A DNA stretch of 32,000 bases from Zygophlyctis sp. KS116 (lineage: Eukaryota > Fungi > Chytridiomycota): NCBI GenBank assembly GCA_054661495.1, contig BAAFSQ010000082.1, positions 6,397-38,396 of the forward strand, given 5' to 3'. A program made the translations under genes and the position numbers. Every line of letters starts with the position of its first letter. The first letter of the stretch is position 1. The notes under the pieces are model-generated. The model made no database searches, was not told where the DNA came from, and worked only from the letters and a program-made list of their open reading frames with translations. Below are positions 9,158 to 21,489 of the stretch, piece after piece.

Positions 9158-9646
9158 ATGATCCCTAGTCATTTTGGAGATATCATGTCCCTCAAGGAAG
9201 AATCAGTAATATTCCCAGCAGAGAGTCAATTCAATCGGATAGAAAGGATCTTGCTCACCGCCAATGGAAACCTACAAAGAATTCTTTCGGCATTCTTTAA
9301 TGCAACCGTTTTTGTCAAAATTATTTATAATAATCCTGTTGGGGATTTTGAATTTGATAGAAGAGTAATTTTACAAGTCAATCAAGAGGTACCTTTAAAT
9401 TACTGATCAAAGGATATTTGCACCGCTGATTCTAAAATTATTATTTCTGATCCGGACATTCTAGATCTAATCAAGAGTAATACTATTGGTATTGGTCAAT
9501 TGTTTAGACATTTGAATATTCTTCCAGAATTTAAATTGCATTCGGTTGGTAAGGCCGATAAAGAGTTTTGGAGAGAATATTCTTTGGAATCTAGAGGGAT
9601 TTCTTGTCAGATTAGAGAAGTATTTAAAGTAGCGGCATTTAATTAG
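9158..9646 (+). CDS. Small protein resembling the chorismate-lyase (UbiC/DUF98) fold
   Basis: Intron 9389-9412 (24 nt) extends the ORF to TAG 9644-9646. Motifs ERILLTANGNLQRILSA, GIGQLFR and FWREYSL..IREVF recall DUF98/UbiC-like proteins. Confidence 0.6.
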
Positions 9647-9756
9647 AAATATTAATAATATTCAAAAAGATCTTATCGGTGAATTACCTGATAACAATGA
9701 AACTGATATACGTAATGCATCTCACGTCATCCCTTGTTTACAATTATTTAGAGGAA

Positions 9757-12700
9757 ATGGGAGCATCGCTGTCAAGTCGATTTGAGTGGTCTCCAGGAAC
9801 AACAGAAACTTCTGGGATATTGTTGACTACTGCGCAGAATCAAGCATTGCTTTATGAAATTATTTCATTCATTAATCAATTAGCTACAAAGAATTCAGTT
9901 GAAATTAAGGCTGAATTCAAAAGAGGAATACAATGGACAACAGAATTGAATTTATCAATCTTTGCTAATTCAGAACTATTTATTGTACAGCAAAGTGCAA
10001 AGTATGTTTAATTTACTAAAATTATAGAAATCCAAAATCTACAGTGGCATCGACAATCAATCGTAATGATGGTCAACCAGTTTTTTATATGGAACAGGTT
10101 GGATCAGAGTTGGCAACTGTAAAGGTTTCAACTTTGGAATACTTTTATAAAATTCTTGAATTAGCGGGAGATGATAAATTAAAGGTTCTTCAGGAAGTCA
10201 TTCAAGCTAATCGAAATTTGATTGGAGCAATATTTTTTACAAATTCGGACAGTGCTAAAATTCTTTCAGATGCATTTGACTCTGTTGAGGCTGAAAAAGA
10301 TCAGAGAAAAAAGGATCAAAATATTAAACTTTACAAATTACTATTGGCATTAAATGCATTTGATTTACAACTCATGAAAGCATCAGTATCTGCTTCTAAA
10401 AAGTAATCATACATTTTCTAATCAATAGAGAAAAAGTTATTGATATGAAAAAAGCAACTGATGAGTTTCAAATGCTTCAATCTTTTTGTGGAAAAGATGG
10501 GAAGTATTCATTGTTATCTATTGACTGGGATTCTGGTAAGAGAAATATATTTTGATTTGAAGATTATACTTTTTCAAATGGATGTAGATCGCCTCCTTGG
10601 AGACAGCTCTATGGAGAGTTATGCTATATAGTTGTTAGATGTCATGATAAAGATAAGGTTGTGATTACAGCTTCAAAGGAAGGATACTTTGTAAATAAAG
10701 GATACTCGTTGGATGAAAAAGGTAATCAGAAACCTCAAAGAGTAACACATTAGGAATTGAACATTTAAATTTTGAGCGGGAGTCTGATATTTATCCTTCG
10801 ATTACAGATTTGTTAAAAGCAAAGTCACAGCATTTTGCAAATACGATAGATAAGCAAGTGTATATCTATGAGAAAAAGGAAGAAGAAGTTTTACAACCTT
10901 CTGAAGTATTCTTCACCTCTGAAAAAACAGAAAGTGGCATTGAATCAGCTGCTGATCGTGAGCACAGTGGGAAGAAACAAGATGTCGCTGTCAAGAACTT
11001 AAATGCTGGAAAGAAAAAAGCACCTGAATCTAAAAAGCAGAATTACAATAACGAACCATCACTAAAATGGCGTGCTTTGGGTCTTAGTGCGCAAAAAACT
11101 GCTGGCTCTGGAAAATCCAGAAAAAAGAAAACCGAAGTAAAAAAGACTGATCGCTCTAGTGCTCAAAAAGATCATAAGATATATGCCCGACAAAAGAGCT
11201 TTGAGGAAGAGGAATTTGAAATCAGCAACTCTGAGGAATCGGATGAAGATAATCAAGACTCTCGAAATGATACAAATGAGTTATCTGCAGAATATTATCA
11301 AATACAAAAGCTAGTAAAATATCTCAGATGTGGTAATCCAACTGCAACAATAATTGCTATTTGTGCTTTGCGCGATTTTGACCTGAAAAATGAAGTTAAT
11401 CAGCTGGCTATTAGAGACATTGGTGGGCTAGAAACCCTCGTAAATCTTCTGGATACTGATAATCCTAAATGTAAAGTCGGTGCTCTTAAGATATTAAAGG
11501 AGATCTCTAAAAATGTGCAAATAAGAGCAGCTATTGCCGAACTTGACGGGATACGACCACTTGTTGAGCTTCTGCGCGACACCGATGATGAACTAAAATG
11601 TCTAGCTGCAGAAACAATTGCTCATTGTGCCAAGAATGCTCAAAATCGCCGAGATGTTCGTCGTTATGGAGGTATCCGAAAGCTGGTACGGCTCCTAAAA
11701 GCAAAACCGGGATCTAAAGAAGAAGAAACGGCGATTTCGGGTGCATGTGCACTAGCAACTTGTTCAAAAAGCTCCAAAAACAAAGAAGCGATACAAGAAG
11801 CTGGTTCAATTCCTTTGCTTGCTAACTTATTGACATCTCAAAATGAGCGGCTTCTCATTCCAGTGGTTGGAATTTTACAGGAATGTGCCAGTGATGGTAA
11901 GCAAAAAAATAATAATCTTAGAAAACTATCGCATCGCTATCCGAGCCTCAGGAATGATCAAGTTTTTAGTCGAAAATCTTAGTAGTAAACACCCAGAGCT
12001 TCAGACGCATTGCGCGAGTGCCATTTTCAAGTGCGCAGAAGAAGGTAGGCATTGAAACTATTGATCAACAGATGAAGCTAGAAATCTCGTACGACAATAT
12101 AATGGTTTGACACCATTGGTGAGTCTTTTAGACAATACATCAAATAAAGATCTGCTTGCCGCCGCTACTGGTGCTGTCTGGAAATGCTCGCCAAATTGTA
12201 AGTTTAATTTATCTAAGTTTTAAGTGGAAAATGTGACTGCGTTTACAAAATTGAATACAATCAAAAAGCTGGTTGCGCTAATGGAAAATCAGCCTGAAGA
12301 TGTATTGGTCAACGTTGTTGGAGCGCTCGGAGCATGTGCCAAAACACCTGCAGGAAGACAGGGTATTAGAGAAGCCGGAGGAATTATCTCTCTAGTAAAT
12401 CTACTGACTGGGACTAATCAAGCTCTTCTTGTAAATGTAACAACAGCTGTTGGCGCTTGTGCTTTAGATAGTAAGCTTTTCAAATTTTAATCATAAAAGA
12501 TGATAGTATGGCTGTAATTGATAGATTAGATGGTGTTCGTTTATTGTGGTCTCTTTTAAAATCGCCCAATCATCAAGTTCAAGCATCTGCTGCATGGGCC
12601 ATCTCTCCATGTATCGAGCATGGTAATAAAATCAAATATATTAACAAATAGCCAAAGACGCAGGAGAAATGGTTAGATCATTTGTTGGAGGACTTGAACT

Positions 12701-13264
12701 AATTGTTTCACTCTTAAAGTCTGAACAACCTGAAGTTTTAGCTAGCGTTTGTGCCGCAATTTCCAACATTGCAAAGGATGGTATTCTATGATTGATGTTT
12801 ACAATTAGAGGAGAATTTAGCTGTTATTACTGATCATGGTGTAGTTCCAATGTTATCTAAACTTACTTATACAAGAAATGACAAGTTGAGAAAACATTTA
12901 GCAGAAGCCATAGCTAGATGTTGTCATTGGGGAAATAACAGAGTTTCATTTGGATCTTCCAATGCTGTTGCACCATTAGTAAAATATTTGAAATCTCCGG
13001 ATCACGATGTTCATCGTGCAACTGCAAGAGCTCTTCATCAACTTTCCATGGATCGTAAGATTATAATACATTTATCAATAGCTGAAAATTGCATTGCCAT
13101 GCATGAGCACGGAGTAGTGCAATTACTTTTAGGAATGGTTGGATCTTCTGATCCGACTCTTCAGGAAGCTGCAGCAGGAACCATTGGAAATATCCGACGG
13201 TAATTAAACAGATTTTTTGATTATTAGATTGGCACTTGCGTCTGAAAAAGCTTCTTTATCATAA
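9757..13264 (+). CDS. ODAD2: Outer dynein arm docking complex subunit 2 (armadillo repeat protein ARMC4)
   Basis: Starts [11 protein letters not shown]; contains [45 protein letters not shown] and multiple ARM repeats; spliced C-terminus [15 protein letters not shown] (TAA 13262-13264); many short introns. Confidence 0.92.
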
Positions 13265-14655
13265 TGAGTTTTGAAGAAGAGAATTTATTACTTGAACTTG
13301 ACTCTGAGAATGAGGACTGTAACGGTCCAATATCCGCAAACTCTAATGATTATGCTCATAAAAAGCATCAAAACTTTAATTTTACTCAACGGCTTGCAGA
13401 GTCGAATCAGCTTTTAAGAGGCAGAGAAGCTGAACAGTCATACAGCACCAGTTTTAAACTCGTTAAACGCCCAGGATCGCCGTCAATATTTACAGAGCAG
13501 ACAACAAGACTACGCATTCAAGATAAATCGTTTGCTAGTCAAGATTTCTCAAAGCTGATACATCATAGAATCATACCAATCTCGAAACTTAAATCTCTAG
13601 TCAAAGGTGGGCTGATACAGAGTGATTTTGTTATTATTGCAGCAATTTACGAAAAGACCGGACTCAAAACTAGCGTTAATGGATCAAAGTATATAATGCT
13701 CAAGATAACAGATCTAAATAGTAAAATGAATCTATTCTTGTTTAATAATGCATTGGCTAAATTCGAGAACGAGTCAGTTTCAACGTCAAAAGTAATTGCG
13801 CTTCTTAATCCGGTAAGATCTAGTTTTTAAGTTTTTAGAAGATTTTAAATCCATCAGAGGTAAGTGTAGCATATTTTATATGTAGGGCGATGGTACTCTT
13901 GGATTATCAGTTGATAGTAAAGGGAAGTGGATGTCTTTGGGAACGTCAGTTGATATGGGATTTTGTACTTATGATCCAATTCATCCATGCAAGGAAATTA
14001 TTAACAAGTAATTTTAAATTCATGTATATATTAGGAATAAAGAATTGTATTGTGAAACACATATAATCTCAAATTATCAAAAGTCGTGTTTGAAAAGACC
14101 AGAATTTGGTGTTGGGTAATATTTGTAAGAATTTAAATTTAGAAATGCTACTTTTACTCTCACAGATCCTATACAAAAAGCTAAAAAGGCCAAATTAATA
14201 AAGAAAAGAGATATCGGGACATACAAACTTAATAACAATACAATCATTTCAATGAATGAATCGAGCGTGAAGTCGCATAATGTAATAAGACAAGGTCAAA
14301 AAAAGGAAAATGATCCAGTTCAAAAGGCCATTTTGTACATTTTACATTTTTAATCTATAGAGAATATGTTATTCAGTCTAATTCTCAAGCAGCAAGAACA
14401 GTTTTGGCCCATGTTAAAACTTGTGATTCTTTAAAGGGAATTGCTAATGCAGTTAGGTCCAAAAGCGTCTTTAATAATGATGCCATCAAGAAAATGGGAT
14501 TTAATCCATTCACAGGAAAACAATTTTTAGCTGCACCTACACAAAAGAAAGATGCTATCAAAGATTCTGATAAGACTGTGATTGTGGATTCAAATGTTCC
14601 AAAAATAGGCACAGAAACAGAAATGATTGAATTGGAAATTGATGATGAAGATTAG
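13264..14655 (+). CDS. MCM10: DNA replication factor MCM10-like (OB fold plus CCCH zinc finger)
   Basis: GSKYIMLKITDL..LFLF..VIALLNP|KIL, then spliced LGTSVDMGFC..PCKEIIN..YCETH and RPEF; includes a 21-nt microexon at 13839-13859. Confidence 0.75.
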
Positions 14656-14658
14656 ATG

Positions 14659-17508
14659 TTATTTTCTTAGAGCATCTCTTACAATTTCTCCAATTTTTGA
14701 TAATTCATATTCAATATCTGCGATTTTTGTGGTATTTTGAGAGTCACTGCTTCGAAGAATTTCCAACTGCTCTACCATGGACTCTACAAATCCGAGTGTA
14801 GAATGTCTGACGTGCTTCTTTTGGTGGATTATCTCCTCTTTGCTATTAATAAACTGAAACCAACCTTTAATAATAACATTTTGATCACTGATTTCCAAAT
14901 CATCTTGACTTTCTTCATCGTCCTCGACTTCTCCTATGTTCATTGAAGGTGATTCTATAACATCATTCGTTTCTCCATTTTTTATAATGATTCCAAGTGC
15001 TTTAACTCTATCTTCATTATATTCATTACGTTTAGTCCCGGAGAAATCACTTTTACTTCTGATATGATTCAACTTCTCTGAAGATTCTTCAGCGCTTTTC
15101 ACCGTCATTCCCGCCAAATCAAGAGAATCCAAAACTACATTTAGACCGCCTTGAGCTTCATTTGAAGAAGTGGGAGCGCATTTTTCGCTTTGGTTAATGA
15201 GTTTAATGTTTTTCGATAGATCCCACTTTTCACGTTGAACTATATCGAATTGAAGTGACTCTGTATTATCTTTTTCATTAGAACAATCTTCAATAGTTGG
15301 AACTGCGATTTCTGCAGAGAGTCGCTTCTTTTTTCGATCTAGAAATGGTGCCACCAGAGGAACTTTCAAATCAGTGTCTGAATGTAAACGAATTCCCTCT
15401 ATTGAGATTCTCTTTATATTATTACGTGATTATTATACCTGTGCCCATCTTCCCTGGGGAATGATATGTCGATTAAGTGCTGGAACATCACTCTTTGAAT
15501 GTTTCCTGACCCAAGCCGGAAAAGATCCAGAAGGCAAATCAACAGAGTCTAAACTCAACACATTTTCTGAGAAAGATCGTGTAATATTAGGGGATACTTT
15601 AATCTTCCAAGCAATCAGCACACCGTCCTCGCCGGATGAAAATAAAATATCTTCTCCATCTTTTGCGAATTCAATTCCTAAAATCTTTTTGGAATGGCCA
15701 AAAAATCTATCCACCTTTCTTCCTGTATTCAAGTCAATCAATAAAATCGAATTATCTGAGCACACGATTGCAGCCATGGATTTGAAGCTATTCAAATTTA
15801 CTTTACAAAATAAAATAGAATTTCCAATACTGTCCCAATTTTGTGATGCTAATTTTCTCCCGTCCTTCAAAGAGAAGAATGAAATCTTTCTATTTTCTGA
15901 TACACTTAATAATTGATCACGCTTAACATCATATCCAATATCACAAACAGGATCTGTACATTCCAAACGGAAAAAACCGTCAAATAAATTCTCCTAAAAT
16001 CAGTTATCTAATTAATAAATCATACATCATTTAATTTTCTGACAATAATACAATCAGCTGCAGCTGTGACAAGCGCCTGACCTTCCTGGCAGTATAGTAC
16101 TGCAAGAATTGACGACTGGACCCCTTTAATTGTCTGTTTAAGCTTTAAACCACCATCAACTTCAAACACATTAATTGTTTGATTATCGCATACAGAAACT
16201 AAACTGCATTTTGTGCGAGAATCTTTAATTAATAAATTTACAAGATACCTGAAAACCCCAATTTTTGAATACTTGAACAATGTAAAAAACTTGAGCCTTG
16301 TTCCTCTAAATCCGATAAATTATAAAGTTTTATCAATCCCTGATCATCACCACTAGCTAAAATCCCATGAGTCCTACTAGAGGCCAAAACTATTGAATTA
16401 TTTAGTCTATCAACAGAAGCCATCATAGTTTTCTTTCTAAACTCTAAAGTTGATTGATTGTCCATATCCCATAAACAAACCTCTCCATCTCTTGAGAGTG
16501 TTAATAGTGAATCTATGCCATTATAAATATCCAATATTGGACTTGAAAGCGCATATTTCCTTTTAATCAACTTTACTCTTGCTAAATCTTGAATATCCCA
16601 AAAATCCACATCATAATTGGAATAAATTAAAGCGATTACAAAACCAGACACACAATGTAATGATACCACATCTAAACGCGACTTTTTCCTAATTATTAAA
16701 TTGAAATTTTTGCAAAATACTTGAATGTAAACTTATAAGTCAATGTATCCAATTCAAAAATCCTAAAAATAATTAAAAATCATCAATTTCACCTTGTAAA
16801 AGACCCCCCAACAATTACAAAATTTCCCAAACCTAATATACAATTGACAGTATTCATCTTCACATCTACTGTCCTATCTACCCATAAATTATCCCTTATA
16901 ACCATTAAAATCCCTGTACTCGAGACTGCATGAATAGAATTTGACCCACTCCTGGACCAGAACCCACCCACAAACCTAGAATTCGAGACAACAGAGTCCA
17001 GTTGCAGAGTATTTAAAACTGTAAAATTCTTGTAATTGTCTCCAAAAGATAGATGAGACACTTTAAATTCGTATTTTTGAATAATCTTTTCAGAAATTGT
17101 AATAAAACATTCTTCCCTTTTATCGAAATCCACTTTAATAATTTCTTTATAGTTTGAAATAGAAACTATTAGTTGCAAATCTTTTGAAAAAATCTCTAAT
17201 CCCTCTTCTCCCACCACTACCAATTTTGAATTTCTAGAATAAAATAATCCATTGACTCCAATTAAATTAGTATTTACCATTATTTCATGATTTAGTCCTT
17301 TATTCTCTATTATTACAATACATTTTCCATCAGAAACCGCCATTTTTGATTTCCCATCTACTACTGCTACAGACTTGCAAGATTTTAGAGTTGTTTTAGA
17401 ATAACTTGTCTTGTCTAGACTCTCAGAGACTATTAAAGACCCAGTTATCCAAATTAAATTAAAACATGTAGTAATTTGGGACATACCAATAGAATAATAA
17501 ACATTCAT
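14659..17508 (-). CDS. WD40-repeat protein, WDR62/MAPKBP1-like, with a low-complexity C-terminal region
   Basis: Five ORFs joined by short introns; LASGDDQGLIKLYNL, LKQTIKGVQSSILAV and GHSKKILGIEF..SSGEDGVLIAWKI resemble MAPKBP1/WDR62 blades. Confidence 0.7.
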
Positions 17509-17514
17509 TAAAAA

Positions 17515-17754
17515 TTATTTTATAAAACTAGATTGTTTCCCCGTCTTATTTAGAATTTTCAAGATTTGATCACTAGAGACATTGTCTACAGGAGTTACCA
17601 AGACTGTCTGATCAGATAATGAAATATTAAACTTATCAACTAATTCACTTTTAGATAAGACTCTATCAACAGCCTTGAATTATTACTTTTAAAAAATTAC
17701 ATTTACACATCCCTGACATGTCATGGCTACAGTATACTTGTATTCCTTGTTCAT
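17515..17754 (-). CDS. ATX1: Copper chaperone Atx1 (HMA domain), 70 aa
   Basis: Not in the ORF track. MNKEYKYTVAMTCQGCVN, intron 17674-17700, then AVDRVLSK...ILNKTGKQSSFIK*; has the MxCxxC and KTGK motifs. Confidence 0.92.
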
Positions 17755-17918
17755 TTCTGCTATACTTAACTAATTTTGCTAGGTTTTACATTTTTACAGT
17801 AGGTTTGACCAGTCGGTCCTAGTGGCTTATCTACCGTTAAAGGCTATAAGAGTATAGTGAGTGCCATCAAGTCAGTGCCCACGCATTCATCAAATTTATC
17901 CGCCGAGACTTGTTTAAA

Positions 17919-18464
17919 ATGAACACTTTGGATGAGCCAGTGTCGGCTACAATCATGAGAGACTTGAAAGCCATAGGATGGAAAATGAAACAAGTCATTA
18001 TACCAAAGGGAAATACTAAAAGTCTTTTAAAAGACTGGGATTTATGGGGTCCGCTCGTACTTTGTTTAGTATTGTCTATAAGGCTAAGTCTATTTGCTCC
18101 TGCAAATACAAATAATTCAGATGATGTTTTCAGTTACTCGTTTGCTATTGTTTGGGGTGGAGCGGCCGTTGTTACGCTGAATGCAAAGTTATTGGGAGGA
18201 AAACTTTCATTTTTTCAGTCTATATGTGTGCTAGGATACTGTATTTGTCCATTGGTTATTATATCATTGTTATTACCACTAACAAATGTACTAGGATATC
18301 CAGTAAGGCAGTTGTTGAAGTTGGGATTAATTATTTTGGCTTATATTTGGTCAAGTTACGCTTCGCTAGGATTCTTTTCAGATATTAATTTAGAAAAGAA
18401 AAAGTTTTTGGCTCTCTATCCAATATATTTCTTTTACTTTGTACTCTCTTGGCTGGTATGTTAA
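17919..18464 (+). CDS. YIPF6: Yip1-domain Golgi membrane protein (YIPF6/Yip4-like)
   Basis: NTLDEPVSATIMRDL, DWDLWGPL, SFFQSICVLGYC, LALYPI; ATG at 17919. Confidence 0.88.
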   Translation: MNTLDEPVSATIMRDLKAIGWKMKQVIIPKGNTKSLLKDWDLWGPLVLCLVLSIRLSLFAPANTNNSDDVFSYSFAIVWGGAAVVTLNAKLLGGKLSFFQSICVLGYCICPLVIISLLLPLTNVLGYPVRQLLKLGLIILAYIWSSYASLGFFSDINLEKKKFLALYPIYFFYFVLSWLVC

Positions 18465-18489
18465 ATAAGGTTGACAATAGATTTTGTGC

Positions 18490-21401
18490 CTAGGCTAATA
18501 TTCCAGTAACAGACTCTTGGAATAGTGGTAAAACTGAACTAGTTGTACTCTTGACTGTAAATGAGGCTAGAGAGTCTGTCTTCTTTTCTACTAGAGCTAC
18601 AATAATAAAAATTTTGTTGGTTGCAATTAAACGTAGTTGACCACTTAATGAATCTCCTGGGATTGGTAGGATCCCATTACGTATAAGACGAGGTTCAAGG
18701 TCATTGGGTATTTGGCAGTCAAATTCCAAAGATTGGGATTCTAGAGAGTTCCAAACTTGTTCAAATCCATATAGAGATGGCGCACAACTCTCATCAAATA
18801 GTACGTGGAGAGGTAAAAGAGTTTGGAAGTAAAATATTCCAGCACTGCTTTTTAAAGCCACTTGTAAAGCATTAAAAGGTTCCTTGATTTGTATATCTCT
18901 ATTAGGGCAAAGTGCAACTTGTATGTCAACAGAGCCATTTGGTGCTAAAGGTTGAGGAACTGATAATGGTGCCGCATTTGCTAATCCAAAACTAAATATT
19001 ATACATCAAAACCTTACGAGTTTACGTTAAATTGAATTGCGAAATCGGAGATGGGATCTGACGATTGATTTTCAAAATGCAAATCCATGTACACAGTGCC
19101 AAGTTTACGGTAAAAAGTTCCCTATACTATTTAAGAAAATAAAATATACGTCTAGAGATAATCCATGACAATCAGCACCGGATAAAAATACTGTTTTAGG
19201 AAAAGAGAATCCAGGCTGCAACGAATATGGGCTTGGCATCATTCCAGAAGTTGGAGAACCAGACAATGAAACAGGGAATGACATGGAGTCTTCTTCAACA
19301 GATCCAAGCAAGTCATCGATTGTAGAAACTTGTTTTGCATGCGTGACTCCTAAATCAGATGAAGGCTGCACAGTTGATGACCCGAAATCTAAATCTAGCA
19401 GATTTCCAACATCTCCGCCTAATGCTTTTGCAGCTTCTTGGACTACAGCCTGAATTGGCTGCTCAGGTTCCCCGTCTTCGTAATCAGTCGATGTTGTATG
19501 AGCGGATTCTTTTGTAACAAGAGATACTGGTTTATAGTATACTGATGCTAGATTTGATAAATTATTGACCATTTCGTCTAACAGTAAATCATTCACAGCT
19601 TTTGTGTCCATTTCTATGGGGATTTTTTCAGATAGAACTACAGTCTATTTCATAAAAACACTAACTCTCACCTTTGCAGCCTGTGGACTTGAAGAAAGTA
19701 ACCTCCAATACACATAAGCACGGTCACGAATATCTGGATTCTCACTGTTTTGTGTAGCCATATTCAAGACTCTCTGAACAAGCTCCTGTGCTTCTCCGGG
19801 TTTATTCAAAAAGAGCTTAACTGTAGAAGTTATCAGCTGCAGTTGAACCTAAGAATTAACTAATATTTAAAGTTTACAATAGATCGTTCTTCTTTAAAAG
19901 TTTCCAAAAAATACTCGAGAATCTCTGATGCATTATCAATACGACCTGCATATTCCCCAATAATCCAAATAAGCGCAGCTCTAGATTCTGCCCCATCTAA
20001 TGATTCTAGACTTTCACACAGATTTGGAATAATTCCTTCGTAGTGGTAAGGATATTTACGAAAAATATCACAGGTGACAATGACAGCTTCCTGAACAACA
20101 TAATTGACTTTAGATTTAATCAAATCCAGTAAAACTTGTACGCACTTGTCAGCTGCAGACTCAATCTTTATCGCACAGCGACCAATCGTCTTTACAGATT
20201 TACGAACAAATTCAACATCAACTTCACTTGCATACCTAAAGATCAAAACTTTTACACTTACTCTTTGAGTTCTGACAAAACTTGATCAATGTTTTCTTCA
20301 TTGCTCAGCTTTAAAATAATATCCAACTTTTCCAATTTAACATACGGCGGATCATTATACTTTGTGAAGAAAACCCTCATTTCTTGGCTTAAAACTTGCG
20401 GCTTTTTCTGCAATATAATTCCAATGTTTCGAAGAACCACAAATTGAATTTCAGGCTCTGACGCCAACAATGTAACTTTTTTTAAGAATGTAAACCATAC
20501 CTAGAGACGGCGCCAATTTCTTGTTTACTCCATTTAAAACTTCCCCTTCACTTAAAATATCGTAATACACAAGAATGACCTAAAGATCATTTTTAATAAT
20601 ACTCTACCTTTACAGCCGCTAAAACCACACTAGCATTTGCATGCTGAAGCCTTGGAATAACCTTTTCTACAATATCTTCAGCTTCTCTACTATTTATAGG
20701 CTTATATGAAGCCAAAGACTCTAGTATACATATTTGACCCCATCTAATTTTTAATTTTTCTAATTAGAAAATTACTCTGTACATTCATTGATTGCAGCCA
20801 ATAATTTCGCCAAAACCACTGAATCTACTACAAAAAACCCCAAACTTTTCTGATTTATTTCCATGAGTGCTGTAACTACATTTGCAATCACCATTGGATT
20901 TTTATCACTCAACATTTCCTGTAGATACGCAACAATCCCTGCATCTATTGCGACTGATGGATTTAAATCATAAAACTTTGCAACACATAATGCAGCCGTT
21001 TTCCGCACATAAGGATCTGAATCCTCTAATCCTTTTTTCAGAGGCTCTAAAATGTATGCAGTAATTTTATCTACTCTTATACATCCCATTGTCCTAATTG
21101 CCAGAGCTCTAATAAGAGGATTTCTGTCATCAGAGTCCTTTACAAAAGTATTCACCGCCAAAATGACTAGTTCTGGTTGACTTTTAGCGTAATTGATCAA
21201 GTATAGATAAACCAATTTCTTAAGTTCTATATCTTCTGTTTGCATATTTTTAACAACATCGGCAAATAGTCCAGAAACATCTTTTCCAACAGTCATGTTC
21301 GCAATGACTTTTTTAACCGCTTCCTTCCTTTTATCTCTAAATCCAGAGTTTAGTTCAACCTTGAGCTCATAGTTCTCTCCTTTGGCTTGAGTTTTAAACA
21401 T
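18490..21401 (-). CDS. AP-1/AP-2 adaptor complex beta subunit
   Basis: [69 protein letters not shown], then hinge and appendage domain; several short introns. Confidence 0.93.
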
Positions 21402-21489
21402 TTCAGATTGTGACTGGGGCTGTTTTCCTCAATTTATGGCTCAAAAGAACCTACGCGAAATCAACAGTCCGAAATTATCTATTTTAAAT

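Noticed and set aside
9679-9756. Upstream non-ATG starts in the ORF track (also 17910 and 24177)
   Set aside because: The downstream ATGs (9757, 17919, 24237) fit the family N-termini, and GTG/TTG starts are unlikely in a eukaryote.
15374-15916. 180-aa plus-strand ORF, and other antisense or shadow ORFs such as 1074..1340, 23050..23358 and 25848..26132
   Set aside because: They overlap well-supported genes on the opposite strand or in another frame and have no recognisable motifs.
21453-21460. ACGCGAAA (SCB/MCB-like) upstream of the beta-adaptin gene
   Set aside because: It is a single isolated match without the CRE-GAT partner and cannot be distinguished from chance.
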